DNA of 64,000 nt. It comes from Octopus vulgaris. Taxonomy: Eukaryota. Position 1 is the stretch's first letter. Every line of letters starts with the position of its first letter. Below, one piece after another: positions 1 to 12,261 of this stretch. The notes below the pieces were generated by a model, which worked only from the letters and a program-made list of their open reading frames with translations, made no database searches and had not been told where the DNA came from. The position numbers and the translations under genes are program-made. The stretch is taken from assembly GCA_951406725.2 (NCBI GenBank), contig OX597814.1, positions 222,394,001 to 222,458,000 on the forward strand, written 5' to 3'.

Positions 1-1230
1 CAATGCCAAAATTTAGCACAATCCCTTCCAGGATCTTCCAAATGTATATTACTGCAAATCTCTCCCGCCTTCAGTCCAAGGAAAAGAGTCTGTTTTACCC
101 TTTCCCAGTAGCTGAGCTGTTGCAATGACACGGTCTTCCTTGTAAATCTTTGCTGGATTGCTTCAAGTTCCGTTGTTAATATTACACTGTGGGGTGACCA
201 TAGTTAGGAGCAGTAGTCCAGGCGGCTGAGAATGAATATCCTCCAGAGGATCATCATGGTTTCTTTCTCTCTAGTTCTCAAGGTTCTCAGGATCCATCCA
301 TCCAGCCGTCTGCACTTAGTCGCCATCTTGGTAATGTGTACTTAGAAACAGGTATCATCACTCATGTTGATACCCAGGTCACACACTGATTTAGGTTCCG
401 GGATTATAACCCCCCCCCCCCCCGTGTCAGTGTACCCTGTAAATTTTTCATTCAGTTTTGGTTGCCGGTAGCTCAGGGCTTGGAATTCTCCAGCATTAAA
501 CTGCATATTGTTGTCCTCAGCTCATCTGTAAATTGCGTCCAACTCTTGCTGCAGGCGTGCAACATCGCTAGGGTTTTGTATTTTCAGCGAGACTTTCGTA
601 TCGACTGCGTAGCTAGCAAGGGTGGCTATCCGAGCAGCTGAGGGCATTTCTGAGAGGGCCATTATGGAAAGCAGCAGTCCCAAGAGATTATCCCGTGGAA
701 TATCACTCACTATTTGTGTTTCCTTTAAGGTAGTTCCATTGGCCACCACTGCCTGACTTCTGTCTTTCAGAAAGTCATGTAACCAATCTCCAAGTTTTCG
801 AGCTAAGCCAGGATTTGTTTGTGGCATATCATACCATGATCAACTTCATCAAAAGCTTTTTCGAAGTCAAAGTATATTACATCCACATTTCAGTTGTCGA
901 GTAACTGCTTCAATACCCAATCATAGCGTTGTAGGAACTGTGTCAGGCAGCTCCTACCTGGTCGGAAACCATGTTGGGCATCACTCAGCTAGTCGTTTTC
1001 TTCGAGAAATGCGATTAGTTTCCCTCTGAGTATTCGTTCCATGACTTGGCTGATATGCGAAGTCAGAGACATAAGCCTATAATTTTTGGAATCTGTTCTG
1101 TTTCCTTCTTTATGGATTGGATATATTATTCCCGCCTTCAATTTACTTGGCAGCTTGCCATTTGTAAGAAAACTCTAGAAAAGAACCTGTAGTGGCTGTA
1201 CAAGGGCACGTTTGCACGATTTGAATAACT
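1..1230 (-). mobile_element. Decayed non-LTR retrotransposon (CR1/L2-type) ORF2 reverse-transcriptase fragment, continuing past the window start
   Basis: Minus-strand translation gives IIYPIHKEG..SKNYRLMSLTSHISQVMERI, AQHGFRPGRSCLTQ, VDVIYFDFEKAFDEVDHG and YAVDTK (degenerate YADD). It contains stops and frameshifts. Confidence 0.9.
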
Positions 1231-1285
1231 TGCCTAAGGGAAATTTTTATAGAGCTATTATATTTCTTCATTTTATTTCAAAATA

Positions 1286-1635
1286 TGGTGGGGTACTCTT
1301 CTGTAGATATGCCATCTGCGTAACATAACGACACGTTATATGACATGTGAGTGTATGGGAGTGTATAACTGTAATGAGCTCCATTACTTCATATTGCTGT
1401 AAGTATTATTTAATAAGTATGATTTTGCATTGGTTCGATATTTATATGTGTAGAAGGGAGAGATAAATTCGGTGGGGCACTCTTCTGTAGGTATGCAATA
1501 TGTGTAATATAACGACACACATAATAGCATGTATCGTTGTGTGTGTGTGTATGTGTGTGTGTGTGTGTGTGTGTACGTGCGTGCGTGCGTGTGTGTAACT
1601 GTAATAACCTCTAATACTTCATATTGTTATAAGAA
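1286..1635. repeat. Diverged tandem duplication (~185-bp period), second copy containing (TG)n
   Basis: ggtggggtactcttctgtagatatgc at ~1287 recurs as ggtggggcactcttctgtaggtatgc at 1471. aactgtaat..tacttcatattg is also repeated. Confidence 0.7.
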
Positions 1636-1649
1636 AAAGAGGAGCCGAC

Positions 1650-2345
1650 GTAAAGGGTCATTCAAGTATAAAATTGTTTGATTCGACAATCGGAAGAATT
1701 TACTCTGTGCATCCGGGTCACTTTGAATGTTTCGCTTTGAGGCTACTCTTTCATGAAGTAAGAAGGCCGACTTCCTTCTCCTTCCTAAGAACGATTGACG
1801 GTCAAACAGTCCCTACTTATAGAGAAGCCTGTTTAACCTTAAATGTGTTAAAAGATGACATAAAACAATGGCTGAGACACGCACACCTATTTTTTTGAGA
1901 GATCTTTCTGAAATTCTTCTCTTGAACTGTGAAGTAAGTAATCCATTGTGGCACAAATATAAGAATGATTTATCAGAAGACTAGAAATATCAAACACATT
2001 TAAGATACCCTGGGAGGGAAATAGCATTGAACGATGACATATATAATTCTGCATTGGTTGATATTGAAGACCACGTTGACTCAATGGTAAGCGAGGAGCT
2101 CAGCAAGTTTGAAACGAGGTGAATGATTTAATCACAGACGTTTTGCAAGAAACTTCATTTGATATTTGGTGATGTCCAGTATTATGTCCCAATGTGATAC
2201 TTTGAAAGTTGCTGGTTTGCAATTAGAAAAGGACTGTTTCTCACACCGTCAGTTATATTTTGGTACACCAGGAGTGGGGAGCAAGAACAATCTTTTCATA
2301 TTCGCACCTAGCAGAAAACAGCTCTATCGTCTACATGAAAGTTAA
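1650..2345 (+). mobile_element. Internally deleted Helitron Rep/PIF1-like helicase relic
   Basis: TIGRIYSVHPGHFECFALRLL..PTSFSFLRTIDGQTVPTYREAC..LKDD (1674-1870) matches the Helitron RepHel linker motif. TLKVAGLQLEKDCFSHRQLYFGTPGVGSKNNLFIFAP (~2199-2310) matches the helicase C-terminus (FSHGQLYVAxSRV). Confidence 0.85.
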
Positions 2346-2396
2346 CGACCACTTCTTATATATGTTCAACAGAATCTAAGTGAATAACTTTCAATA

Positions 2397-2437
<41 letters not shown>

Positions 2438-2589
2438 GGGGGAATGAAGAAAATGCTGACAAAATAATTTAAGTAATTTAAGTAATTTAATTAGGTGAAA
2501 ATTCTTTTTACCGGTTGCGCATTTGTTATGCTTATCAAAAGATATTTTTTAAGAGAGATAGAGTTCCTTTCTGATAGATTTTTTTTCCT

Positions 2590-2640
<51 letters not shown>

Positions 2641-2644
<4 letters not shown>

Positions 2645-2802
2645 CAAAATGGGACAAGAACATAAAACATCCGGACAACTAGGTGATAAAAGAAGGGGCA
2701 ACAAAACATCCAGATAGACGATACAAAAAAAACAAGCACGGGTCATTCGAAGCCTTTTATTCTCAGTCAAGAACCGGATCATCCTCGCAATTTTGGTTGA
2801 TT
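2641..2802. mobile_element. Dispersed repeat abutting a long (TA)n tract; second copy at 40436-40567; possibly PLE-derived
   Basis: Both loci share ggacaagaaca..cattcgaagcc..cagtcaagaacc(g/a)gatcatc..gcaattt, each directly after (TA)n. Confidence 0.55.
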
Positions 2803-3039
2803 TATACATGTACATATGTATGTATATACATGTATGTATATATGAGTACGCGTGCGTAGCTATATGTATGCCATAATATACCAAGCATGGACATATAAAA
2901 TTTACAGCTTAAGTTTTTGCTACACTCGTTTTCATAGCGTGTTGACTTATTAAAATTTCAATAATATCAAAAATTATTATGTAACTTTACATTCTTAAAA
3001 TATCTCGCCGCTTCATCAAGCAATACTGAGCCTTTTACA

Positions 3040-3258
3040 AGGCGGTGAGCTGGCAAATGCGTTAGCATGCCGGGCGAAATGCTTAGTGGTATTTCGTCTG
3101 TCGTTACGTTCTGAGTTCAAATTTCGCCGTGGTCGACTTTGCCTTTCATCTTTTCGGGGTTAATAAATTAAGTACCGGTTTCATAGTGAGTTCGATCTAA
3201 TCGACTGGCCCACTCCCCAATATTTCAGGCCTTGTGCCTAGAGTAGGAAAGAATATTG
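3040..3258 (+). mobile_element. tRNA-derived SINE family A, tail type 1
   Basis: Head ggcggtgagctggc..gttagca, B-box-like gagttcaaat, core gtcgactttgcctttcatc..ggggt..taaattaagtacc, tail ggccttgtgcctagagtagga. There are many copies in the window. Confidence 0.85.
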
Positions 3259-3445
3259 AGCCTTTTACTAACAAAGATAAAACATGTCTTTTTGCTGGTA
3301 AAATGCTCAATATATTCTAATGAAATATCAGGATATGGAGATAATATAAATTTCCGTATGATGTCATAGTAATCATCATTAGACAATTGACCACGCTATG
3401 GAAACGTGTGTTGGAAAAATTGATCTGTCCATTGTGATTCTGTTA

Positions 3446-3838
3446 ATCTCTCTCTATATAAAGCTGAAGTTGTTTGTGTATGGCAGGTTTGGTAGCATTC
3501 AACTAACACTATCTCCTCCGAGACCCTATGGCGCAAGTTGACCAAAATTGAAAGTATGATAGAAGAAGGCTTGCTCTTCCTTCCGTAGAAGAAAAAATTC
3601 AAATCGGGCCATGTTAGCACCAAAAATTATTTTCATCAAAAAGGTGCTTTTTTTCTATGAAAATCCCTATATTTTACGATTTTTTCACCGCTGTGTCGCC
3701 ATTTTTCGGTATATTTCAACCAAAAAATGTTCACTTAAAGAGAATAACAAGCTACATAATGCAAAATTTTTACTTTTCAAAAATTCCAATTTTAAAGGGT
3801 CGAAACATACCCGAGCAACGCAGGGCGATACTGCTGAT
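3446..3838 (-). mobile_element. Non-autonomous Helitron/Helentron-associated (HINE/Lep1-like) element
   Basis: Minus strand starts cagcagtatcgccctgcgttgctcggg and ends ctttatatagagagagatt, the same termini as the copies at 7827 and 40906. Confidence 0.7.
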
Positions 3839-4194
3839 ATATTATTCATAGCGTTATATATGCAATGTCTTATTGCTACCTACGTGAATTTACAAGATGC
3901 TTAATGCCATTTTATATATCTCACATGATATTGACTGCCATATTAACTAGGGATAGATTAGGTGTATCTATATATTGCTCGTGAGTATCTTGCTTGCTTC
4001 ATATACATTGGAGTGTTACCATGTTAATTGCTAGGATTATTTAGATCCGCACATCTTAATGTCTATATCCGTTTATTGTTTTATTTAGGGAGGGCCAATT
4101 TTCCCGTCAAATACACACACACACATTATATATTAGTTCTTCACTTCAGGTTTATTATTGTTTCTATGACAGAACAATTAAATAGAACAGGGGG

Positions 4195-4415
4195 AGACAC
4201 GTGGTATGGAAAGAGTATCTGAAGAGACCACAGGATATGCGAGGAAAGACATCCAAAGGACACTAAAATGGCAACAATAAATTAATTTGAAGTGATCACC
4301 GAATATACAGGGCGTGTGTTCAGTTGACAATTAAAAAATTAATAAATGACCGTCCCAAAGTATAACAATAACTGTTTCAACACGATTTCACATAGTGATT
4401 TTGCAAAACAAATAC
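4195..4415 (+). mobile_element. Diverged copy of the PLE-like repeat that forms the 29.2-29.7 kb palindrome arms
   Basis: ctgaagagaccacaggatatgcgaggaaaga resembles ctgatgcggtcacaggagtgtgacgaaaga (29505). accgaatatacagggcgtgtgtt resembles accaaatatatagtgcgtgtgtt. tgtttcaacacgatttcacata is the near reverse complement of ~29197-29220. Confidence 0.6.
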
Positions 4416-4437
4416 ATAAACGAATGCCCATTTAAAA

Positions 4438-4457
4438 TATGTATGTATGTATGTATG

Positions 4458-4526
<69 letters not shown>

Positions 4527-4572
4527 ATCTATCTATCTATATCTATATCTATCTATCTATCTATCTATCTAA

Positions 4573-4623
<51 letters not shown>

Positions 4624-4743
4624 CCCACCTATCTCTCTCGGTCTCTCTCTCACTCTCTGTATGCCTCTCTCTGTCTCTGTCTGTCTGTCTCTCTCTCTCT
4701 CTTAGCTTTCATACACATACAAACACATGCACGCAAACACACA

Positions 4744-4803
<60 letters not shown>

Positions 4804-4830
4804 TACACACACGTACACGCGCGCGCATGT
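4438..4830. repeat. Compound microsatellite (TATG)n-(TATC)n-(CT)n-(CA)n
   Basis: Directly visible; it produces the YLSI and HT pseudo-ORFs. Confidence 0.95.
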
Positions 4831-5092
4831 ACGTTATTGGCGGTAACGATTAAAGGATATTATTTTCTCTGATTCCACAAGTAGTTGTACGCCTTTGTAC
4901 GTAACGGTAACACTGGAGCGTTTTGTAAACAGGAGCGAGCGCGAAATATCTGAATCAGTGTATCTGTGTGTTTGCGTGTGTTTATGCTAACGTTCGCGTC
5001 TGGATACAAGTAACATTTTCATAGAACATATTGAAGAAGCATGCAGACGCTAAAGGAATCAGTACGATCATACAAACAACCTACGCATAAAA

Positions 5093-5124
<32 letters not shown>

Positions 5125-5164
5125 CACCACCATCACGGCAAATAATAATAATAATAATAATAAT

Positions 5165-5358
5165 AACCTTTTCTACTCTAGGCACAAGGCCCGAAATTTT
5201 TGGAGCGGGGGTCCAGTTGATAAGGTCGACCCCAGTATGCAACTGTTACTTAATTTATCCAATCCGAAAGGATGAAAGGCAAAGTCGACCTCGGCGGAAT
5301 TCGAACTCAGAACGTAACGAAATACCGCCAAGCATTTGGTCTACCGTGCTAACGATTA
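5165..5358 (-). mobile_element. SINE family A, tail type 1, next to (TAA)n
   Basis: Contains the reverse-complement core gaaaggatgaaaggcaaagtcgacctcggcggaatt. Confidence 0.85.
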
Positions 5359-5362
5359 TTTC

Positions 5363-5582
5363 GCGTTGCTCCAGTCCACTTAGCTGGCAAAAAATGAGTT
5401 GTATTTGTATTTCAAAGGGCCGGCCTTGTCACACTCTTTGTCACGCTGAATCTCCCTGAGAACTACGTTAGGGGTACACATGTCTGTGGATTGCTCAGTC
5501 ACTTGCACGTTAATTTCACGAGCAAGCTGTTCCGTTGATCGTATCAGCTGGGACCCTCGTCGTCGTAACCGACGGAGTGCTC
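5363..5582 (+). mobile_element. SINE family E 3' part; second copy on the minus strand at 33846-34022
   Basis: gaatctccctgagaactacgttaggggtacac..gtcgtaaccgacggagtg matches the reverse complement of 33846-34022. Confidence 0.7.
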
Positions 5583-6819
5583 CTATATGTGAGTGTGTGC
5601 ATATATGTGTGTGTGTTTGTATGTGTTTATGCGTGTATGAGTGTGTGTGTGTTCACACACGCACGCATAAAACTATTTCACACACACTATATATCACACC
5701 CACACACAAACATGCTCACGTGCACATACATACAGCTACATATATGGAAAGAGAGGAAAAGAGGAAGAGGGACAGAGAGACACACCAGCAGACAGACAGA
5801 CAGAAGGAATATAGAGATTAGTAGTTCTTTCAAACATTTGAAACGGAAATATTCCTATGGAATGCTCCACATTCGGTGCATGATCGACTTATGAACAGAG
5901 ACTGAGAGAAAACTTGCCTTAGCTAAACTATCTCTAGTCCTTTGCTCTCTTGAGCTGGATCGGCGTAAAGGTTGAACAAACACTTTTATGGAATGTGATT
6001 TGGAAAGAAACTACATACATACCAATGAATTACTAAGATACATTAACTTTAGATCATTCAGATATAGAAATTATATGATAGAACGTACACGCACACATCA
6101 AACACACGCACAATACACTCAAACCAACCACATACGCACACAAAACATCCAAATCTTCAAAGCTCTCACAAAACTTTCGGTGACAACTTAAATGACTTGC
6201 TTGCGATCGATCATCTTACTGGAAAAATAGCCAAATAGTTTTCAGAAGCAACTCGCACATTAGCTCAATATCTCGCTCACATCTTTCGCAATATTGAGCT
6301 AAGATATGGTATTTGAGAAATGGCTTCTCCACAGATAATTATATCCATAGTCAATGTAACATTGCTATACACACAGTCTCCTTTTTATTTACTTACGTAA
6401 AACAATAAATTGCGTTTGTAAGTTGCAGAAGACGGAAGAAATGAGAGTAGTTCCTATGTTTTTAGTGAAATTCTCTGGAAATCCTCTAAGTTTGTTTTTT
6501 TTTGTAATTTGTCAGTTGATGAGTGAATCACGTCATATCAATCTTCATACGAAGACCTGATCATTTTGATATCTATGATGCTATAATCTAGCTGGCTTTT
6601 CCAAAATGTGTGATTCTAATCATATATGTATAGTTGACAGACTTTCACAAATTCTCTGTGCCAGGTTATAAGTTAGTCAAATAGTATATCGATATATATT
6701 TCTGTGAGACAGCTTGAAAAAACTCGAAAAACGCTAGTGTAGACTTGATTGTTTCCTTGTATATTTTACGGTGTATTTATCACATATTGTCTACCTGTTT
6801 ATCTGTTCCTCTCACTCTT

Positions 6820-7023
6820 TCTCTCTCTCTCACTCTTTACACACACACACACACACACAAACACATACACATACATGTAAGTATGTATGTATGTATGTAT
6901 GTATGTATGTATGTATGTATGTATGTATGTATGTATGTATGTATATATGTATGTATGTATGTGCGTGTGTGCATATGCAATAGAGGTGTAAATACAAACA
7001 TATATAACATGTATTCATGTGTG

Positions 7024-7084
<61 letters not shown>

Positions 7085-7090
7085 GTGTGC
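6820..7090. repeat. Compound microsatellite (CA)n-(TATG)n-(TA)n-(TG)n
   Basis: Directly visible. Confidence 0.95.
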
Positions 7091-7826
7091 TTATAAGTAT
7101 GAATGTGCATATATGTGTGAGCATTTGTGCGTTTACATGCATTTTGCTATCAACGCATTCCTAAGCTGCGACTGAATATTTTTGTTGCTATTGAAATAGT
7201 TCCCATTACTGGTTTTCTTTTCCATTAATTACTTTTCATTTTAATTTTTTTTTTTTTTTTTTCTTCGAGATTTTTCTTCCATTGATTTCTTTGTTTAGAC
7301 CGTGTTTGTTTACATTCTAACACTTTTCAACGTCATCAGCAACAGCAACAACAAGAAGGGTAGCAGTGTCACCATTATATTCTTCTGAACTACAACCATA
7401 AACACGTTCATCGTAACTGAAGAAAAATCCGTCAGGATGATTACTACGTAAAAAAAGTATATTACTATAACGAATGGAAGCATGCTTGAAGCAGTAAGCC
7501 GGGAAATTATAATAACCTTAATTTTAATTAGCGATGCGAGCAGCCATTTTCTAAATAACAAATTTTGCTTTATATGTAACAATTTGATTTTAATATAAAA
7601 TACTATTTTGGGCAAGTTTTTTAGCGTCTACTAATTATATGTTTAAGAGTCTCAGAGGATTTTTTTAGATAACTTGCACAAATGAGATTCTAGTCAAATA
7701 TCAGTGCTACACTTGATTGAAATGTGCACAAAGCTTGATCTTGAACAGCAAGGATCAGTTCTTCTGTCTCCTTTAAAGATTCATATCTTAATCATCTCAA
7801 TTTTTTTTTCACCAGCTTTATCTACT

Positions 7827-8200
7827 ACTAGCAGTATCGCCCGGCGTTGCTCGGGTTTGTAAGGGAAATAACTATAAAGCATTTTTAGAGAGTTATAGCC
7901 AAAAAATGGAAAAAAAATTATGGTCAATTTTCTTTTTAGTTAAAAAGGTCGAGTTGCGTCCCCTAGACAGTCTGTGGTTTGTGTTTCTGATTCTCGACCC
8001 CCATGTCGAATTTATCGATTTTTTTCAGAACTAGGGAACTTTTCAAAATTTTCGCTGCGTTAGTTTTGAATTATGACATTGGGCTATGTGTGTGTCAAGT
8101 TTCATCAGAATCGGTTGAAAGCCGTGGTCAGGGTGAAGGTACGAGAAAACAGACACACAGAAACACGCACAGACAAACTGCCGTTTATATATAGAGAGAT
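7827..8200 (+). mobile_element. HINE/Lep1-like non-autonomous rolling-circle element
   Basis: 5' end actagcagtatcgcccggcgttgctcggg (subterminal hairpin). 3' end acagacaaactgccgtttatatatagagagat. The last ~210 bp are near-identical to ~41210-41420. Confidence 0.75.
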
Positions 8201-8359
8201 TTGGAAAAACTCGCCCTGTAGGACTTTCTCTTTCCATTTGATATCTTTTTATTTATTTTTTTCTTAGTCGTCATTTTGTACTCTTGGAGTATTTCACCCC
8301 GTTGTCACTGATCATTATTCTCACTCAGTACAGCATACAAAATGTTTCATCTCTATTTC

Positions 8360-9030
8360 TCAGATATGCTGCAAGGTCTTGATGTCCTTCACCACATTAT
8401 CTATTCCAAGCAATACTCTTCCACTTTCCTTATTGTCTTAAAACGGTTTTTCCTAGTATGAAGGGACCCATACATAGTCATTATCTTCCTAATTTTTTTT
8501 GTACATGCTGACCAGGTTCTCCTTTGACCATTCCACAACTCCTGCGCAATACCATACTGTCCATGCCTCTCATCAGTCTCTGTCGATGCCCCTCATCAGA
8601 TTTTCTCCATTCACTTTAAATTTATAAAGCTTCTTCATTCTTCTGATATATTCTGCTGAAATCATGCCCTTCATCTTGGTGTTCATCATCTGGCCTAATC
8701 GTAAAACACCAAGATATTGTTAACCTCTCAATTCATTTCTCTTTCATGCTCATCGTCTGAGATTTGTGCTCCGCTGCTGTTTAGTTTCTGCCTTCTCCTT
8801 TATATAGACATTTCTAGACCAAATGTCGTTTAGAAGTCACGTGTTTTCCTTTTACTTGCAACGACGATATCAATTAATCTAAATCTTTTAAATGCCACCA
8901 TATCATTCAACACTTACGTGTCCCTAACGTCCCAGTTGTCAAACTAAACGTATACACTTTACAGATTTCATGTTCAAATCCTCGCAAACACGAAATTTAA
9001 GGTATTGTAGTTTTCCAGCACTTCATCTGC
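8360..9030 (-). mobile_element. Possible highly decayed LINE endonuclease-region relic
   Basis: Higher-complexity sequence with weak APE-like traces (FSLTTGTL.., DIVVA..). There is no clean motif. Confidence 0.25.
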
Positions 9031-9057
9031 TGCTCTTTCGCAATCCATTTATTATCA

Positions 9058-9250
9058 ATCTGCCAGAATCGTTAGCATGCTAGACAAAATGCTTAGCGGC
9101 ATTTCTTTCGTTTTCACATTCTAAGTTCAAATGACGCGGAGGCCAACTTTGGCTTTCATCCTTTCAGAGTCAACTGGATATTTTGTAACCAACTATCCAC
9201 CTCCCACCACAATTTCGGGCAATTCTGTCTATAGTACAAAGAATTATGAT
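9058..9250 (+). mobile_element. SINE family A, diverged
   Basis: cagaatcgttagcatgc..aaatgcttagcggcattt..gttcaaat..ctttcatcctttc. Confidence 0.75.
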
Positions 9251-9369
9251 TACTAGACAAATATACTATGAAGCTTTTATCCCGATCTTTACTTTCTGCT
9301 TTCAAATCTCGCTAATATCAACGTTACTTTCATCATTATAGGGCCGATAAATTAAGTTACCAATGGACC

Positions 9370-9604
9370 TATTTCTTTACTACCCACAAGGGGCTAAACA
9401 GAGAGAGGACAAACAAGGACAGAGAAACGGATTGAGTTGATTATATCGACCCCAGTGCATAACTGGTAGTTATTTAATCGACTCCGAAAGGATGAAAGGC
9501 AAAGTCGACCTCGGCGGAATTTGAACTCAGGACGTAGTGGCAGACGAAATACTGCTAAGCATTTCGCCCGGCGTGCTAACGTTTCTGCCATCTCGCCGCT
9601 TTTT
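9370..9604 (-). mobile_element. Young SINE family A, tail type 2, inserted into an older SINE A with a 14-bp TSD
   Basis: Full head-to-tail copy. gttaccaatggacc flanks it at 9356-9369 and 9605-9618. Confidence 0.9.
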
Positions 9605-10571
9605 GTTACCAATGGACCATCAAGTTGGTGTGATCGACTTGATGCCTTCGATAGATTTCACTACTGGTGGTCGTATTAGAAAGAATTATAATTATTTTTA
9701 TTATACACGCACAAATGTGTGTGGGGACGTGCATGTTAGAGCGATGGTGCGTGTGTCTGTTACGTTCCGTTATCATTCTGTAACTTTAGATTGCCTTCCT
9801 TTCACTGAAATCGACACTAGCATCACCACCCACCTTTCTATTAGTCTATCTTTCTCTCTTCCCCTTGCCCCTTACTCCTTACTTCCCTTTGAAACCTCAT
9901 CCATTCTAATCTCCCATTTTTTTGCTCTTTCTTGTCTCTGTCTCTCGTATAGGATTCACATTCTATACACACCGTATGTTAATTTATACTAATTCGCTCT
10001 CACAACTCATCTTCATTTTACTTTTGTTTACACCTCCCTCCTTTCTTCATTATGCTAAAAAAAAAACACTTCATATAATACCTCTTCCTCTGTTTCCTTC
10101 TCGCTTTTGTGGCCTCCCTTTCTCACTTACACCCCGCCCCACAGCAGCTTTTTTCTCCTGTGTTTCAGCTTTTGTTGCACTATTTTTGTTTATAGCTCTG
10201 TGTATTTTCTTTCAAATTTTTATTGTAACTCCCACTTCTTTAGTGACGTCGCTTGCTTAGAAAACACACCATCCTCCATCTTTCAGTTTCTTTTAAAAGC
10301 TACCAACCGCTTCCCATTTCCGCTTTTTTTTTTTCTCTTTTTGTTTACTTTTGCTCTCTTTGTGTCTCTCCGACTCTTAGTCCTTAATTTGTTTCTTTCT
10401 TTCCTTCTTTTTTTCATTCTTTCTTTCTCTCTGTCACCCATACAGACACATATCCGAACACACACACGCAAACACAAACTCAGATGCGTATACTAATTCA
10501 GACAACTACGGATTCACACACAAATGTGCATTTACGTATTTATAAATATACATATACATACATACACACAC

Positions 10572-10605
<34 letters not shown>

Positions 10606-10696
10606 ATTTATGTATGAATCTATCGCTCTCTCTCTCTCTCACTTCCACTTAGTGAGTGTGTATGTGTGTAGAGTGCAAGTGTATCAATGAATGTAT

Positions 10697-10731
<35 letters not shown>

Positions 10732-10796
10732 GGGGAGGGAGAGAGAGAGAAAGGGAGAGAGACGCGTGTGGGCGCGTGATGTGTTAGTGTCTGTAA

Positions 10797-10832
<36 letters not shown>

Positions 10833-11119
10833 TCTTATACAACTAAAATTCCTTAGGTACATGCACACATGTATACAACTAGTAAACACCCCAAATACGC
10901 ATACACCTTCTCTCTCTCCCTTTGTCTCTCCTTATCTCTGTCTTTTTCTCACACACACACACACACATACATACGCACACACATACACATATCAAGCAAG
11001 TGTTCATCCTTTATTATTTTTCTTTTTTCACCGCTCTTTTATCATTGACATTATCGAGTAGTTTGTTATCAACTCCTCCTTGTCTCCATCTCTCCGTTGA
11101 CAATTGCTGCAACAGAATG

Positions 11120-11122
11120 TAG

Positions 11123-11169
<47 letters not shown>

Positions 11170-11170
11170 G

Positions 11171-11213
<43 letters not shown>
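11120..11213. repeat. (CTA)n-(TAA)n trinucleotide microsatellite
   Basis: Directly visible. Confidence 0.95.
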
Positions 11214-11216
<3 letters not shown>

Positions 11217-11824
11217 CGTATGTAAGCTGCTGCAAATAAGACTTCATGTTACCAATTCCTTCTACATAGTGTTATCTTCGAAACACAGTAACATACACAT
11301 ATACACACACTGACATTTTTTTCACAACCTGACTGTATTTTCTTTCCTTTTCTCACTCACTCTCACTCTTTTCTTCTTTCACACACGTACACACACGTCT
11401 CTCCTTTTCCCTGTATTTCCTTCCTCACTTTCCCTCCTCCTCCTCCCCCTCCTTCTCTTGTTTCTCTCTGTAGCCCTCCCCCTCCTCTTGTTTCTCGATT
11501 GTATTTCTCTTAGCTCCCTCACTTCGTACCAATCCTCTTTTTTTTTGTATTCTTTTTCCTTTCCCTTCCGCTCATTCATCAATCATCTTTTATTATCTCT
11601 CGCAGACTTACTCATTCCCTCGCTTCAGCGATGGGCTTGCTAAGGTAGTTAACCGATCTTAAAACAAATTATCGCCCTCAAATCCTATAATTCACGCAGA
11701 CCCGAAAAAAAAAAATTCGAATGACACATTGGATCTCATTACAAACAAGGAGAGAGAGGGGAGAGAGAAAGAGAGAAAAGAAAGTATAATTTGATGAAAT
11801 TTAAATGCCTCTGACAGTAGGATC

Positions 11825-12261
11825 GGATCTTTTCGGTTTGAACGGCAGTTTTTAACATAATTTCTAGGTAACTAAAAAAATTTTAAACTTCGTATACTGG
11901 TAGAATGTGTTTATAAAACATCTTTTTCTCTTGGCTTTATTGAGAAAATTCTATAGTTTGTAAGATATTTGTTGATTTTTTCCTTCAATTTCTGTAATTT
12001 CAGCCAATCACTGACGTCTATTGAGGTAAAAAAAAACATTTTGTGCCGTATGAATATGTCCCTCATTTAAGAAACAGATTGGGTTTATTTACATTTGTGA
12101 AGAAAAAAAGATACCCTTCCCCCCACCCCTAACCCTAAACCTAACTAACCCTAACCCTAAAACATTGAAATGCAATAGATCGATAATAGGGTCATAATTA
12201 TGGGTGACAATTTCATATGACACCGCTAGAAAAAATAATGCCGTTCAAACCGAAAAGATCC
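11825..12261. mobile_element. MITE with GG..CC TIRs, an 8-bp TSD and internal (TAACCC)n; Merlin-like signature
   Basis: TIRs ggatcttttcggtttgaacggca / tgccgttcaaaccgaaaagatcc. TSD gtaggatc at 11817-11824 and 12262-12269. ccctaaccctaaacctaactaaccctaaccctaa at ~12127-12160. Confidence 0.9.

Noticed and set aside
6260-6302. 12-bp perfect hairpin ttagctcaatat/atattgagctaa as a pre-miRNA or terminator
   Set aside because: The stem is too short and AT-rich for a pre-miRNA, and it could occur by chance or be a TE remnant.
12127-12160. True telomere or chromosome-fusion scar
   Set aside because: The repeats are short, degenerate and lie at the same internal position of a MITE in both copies.
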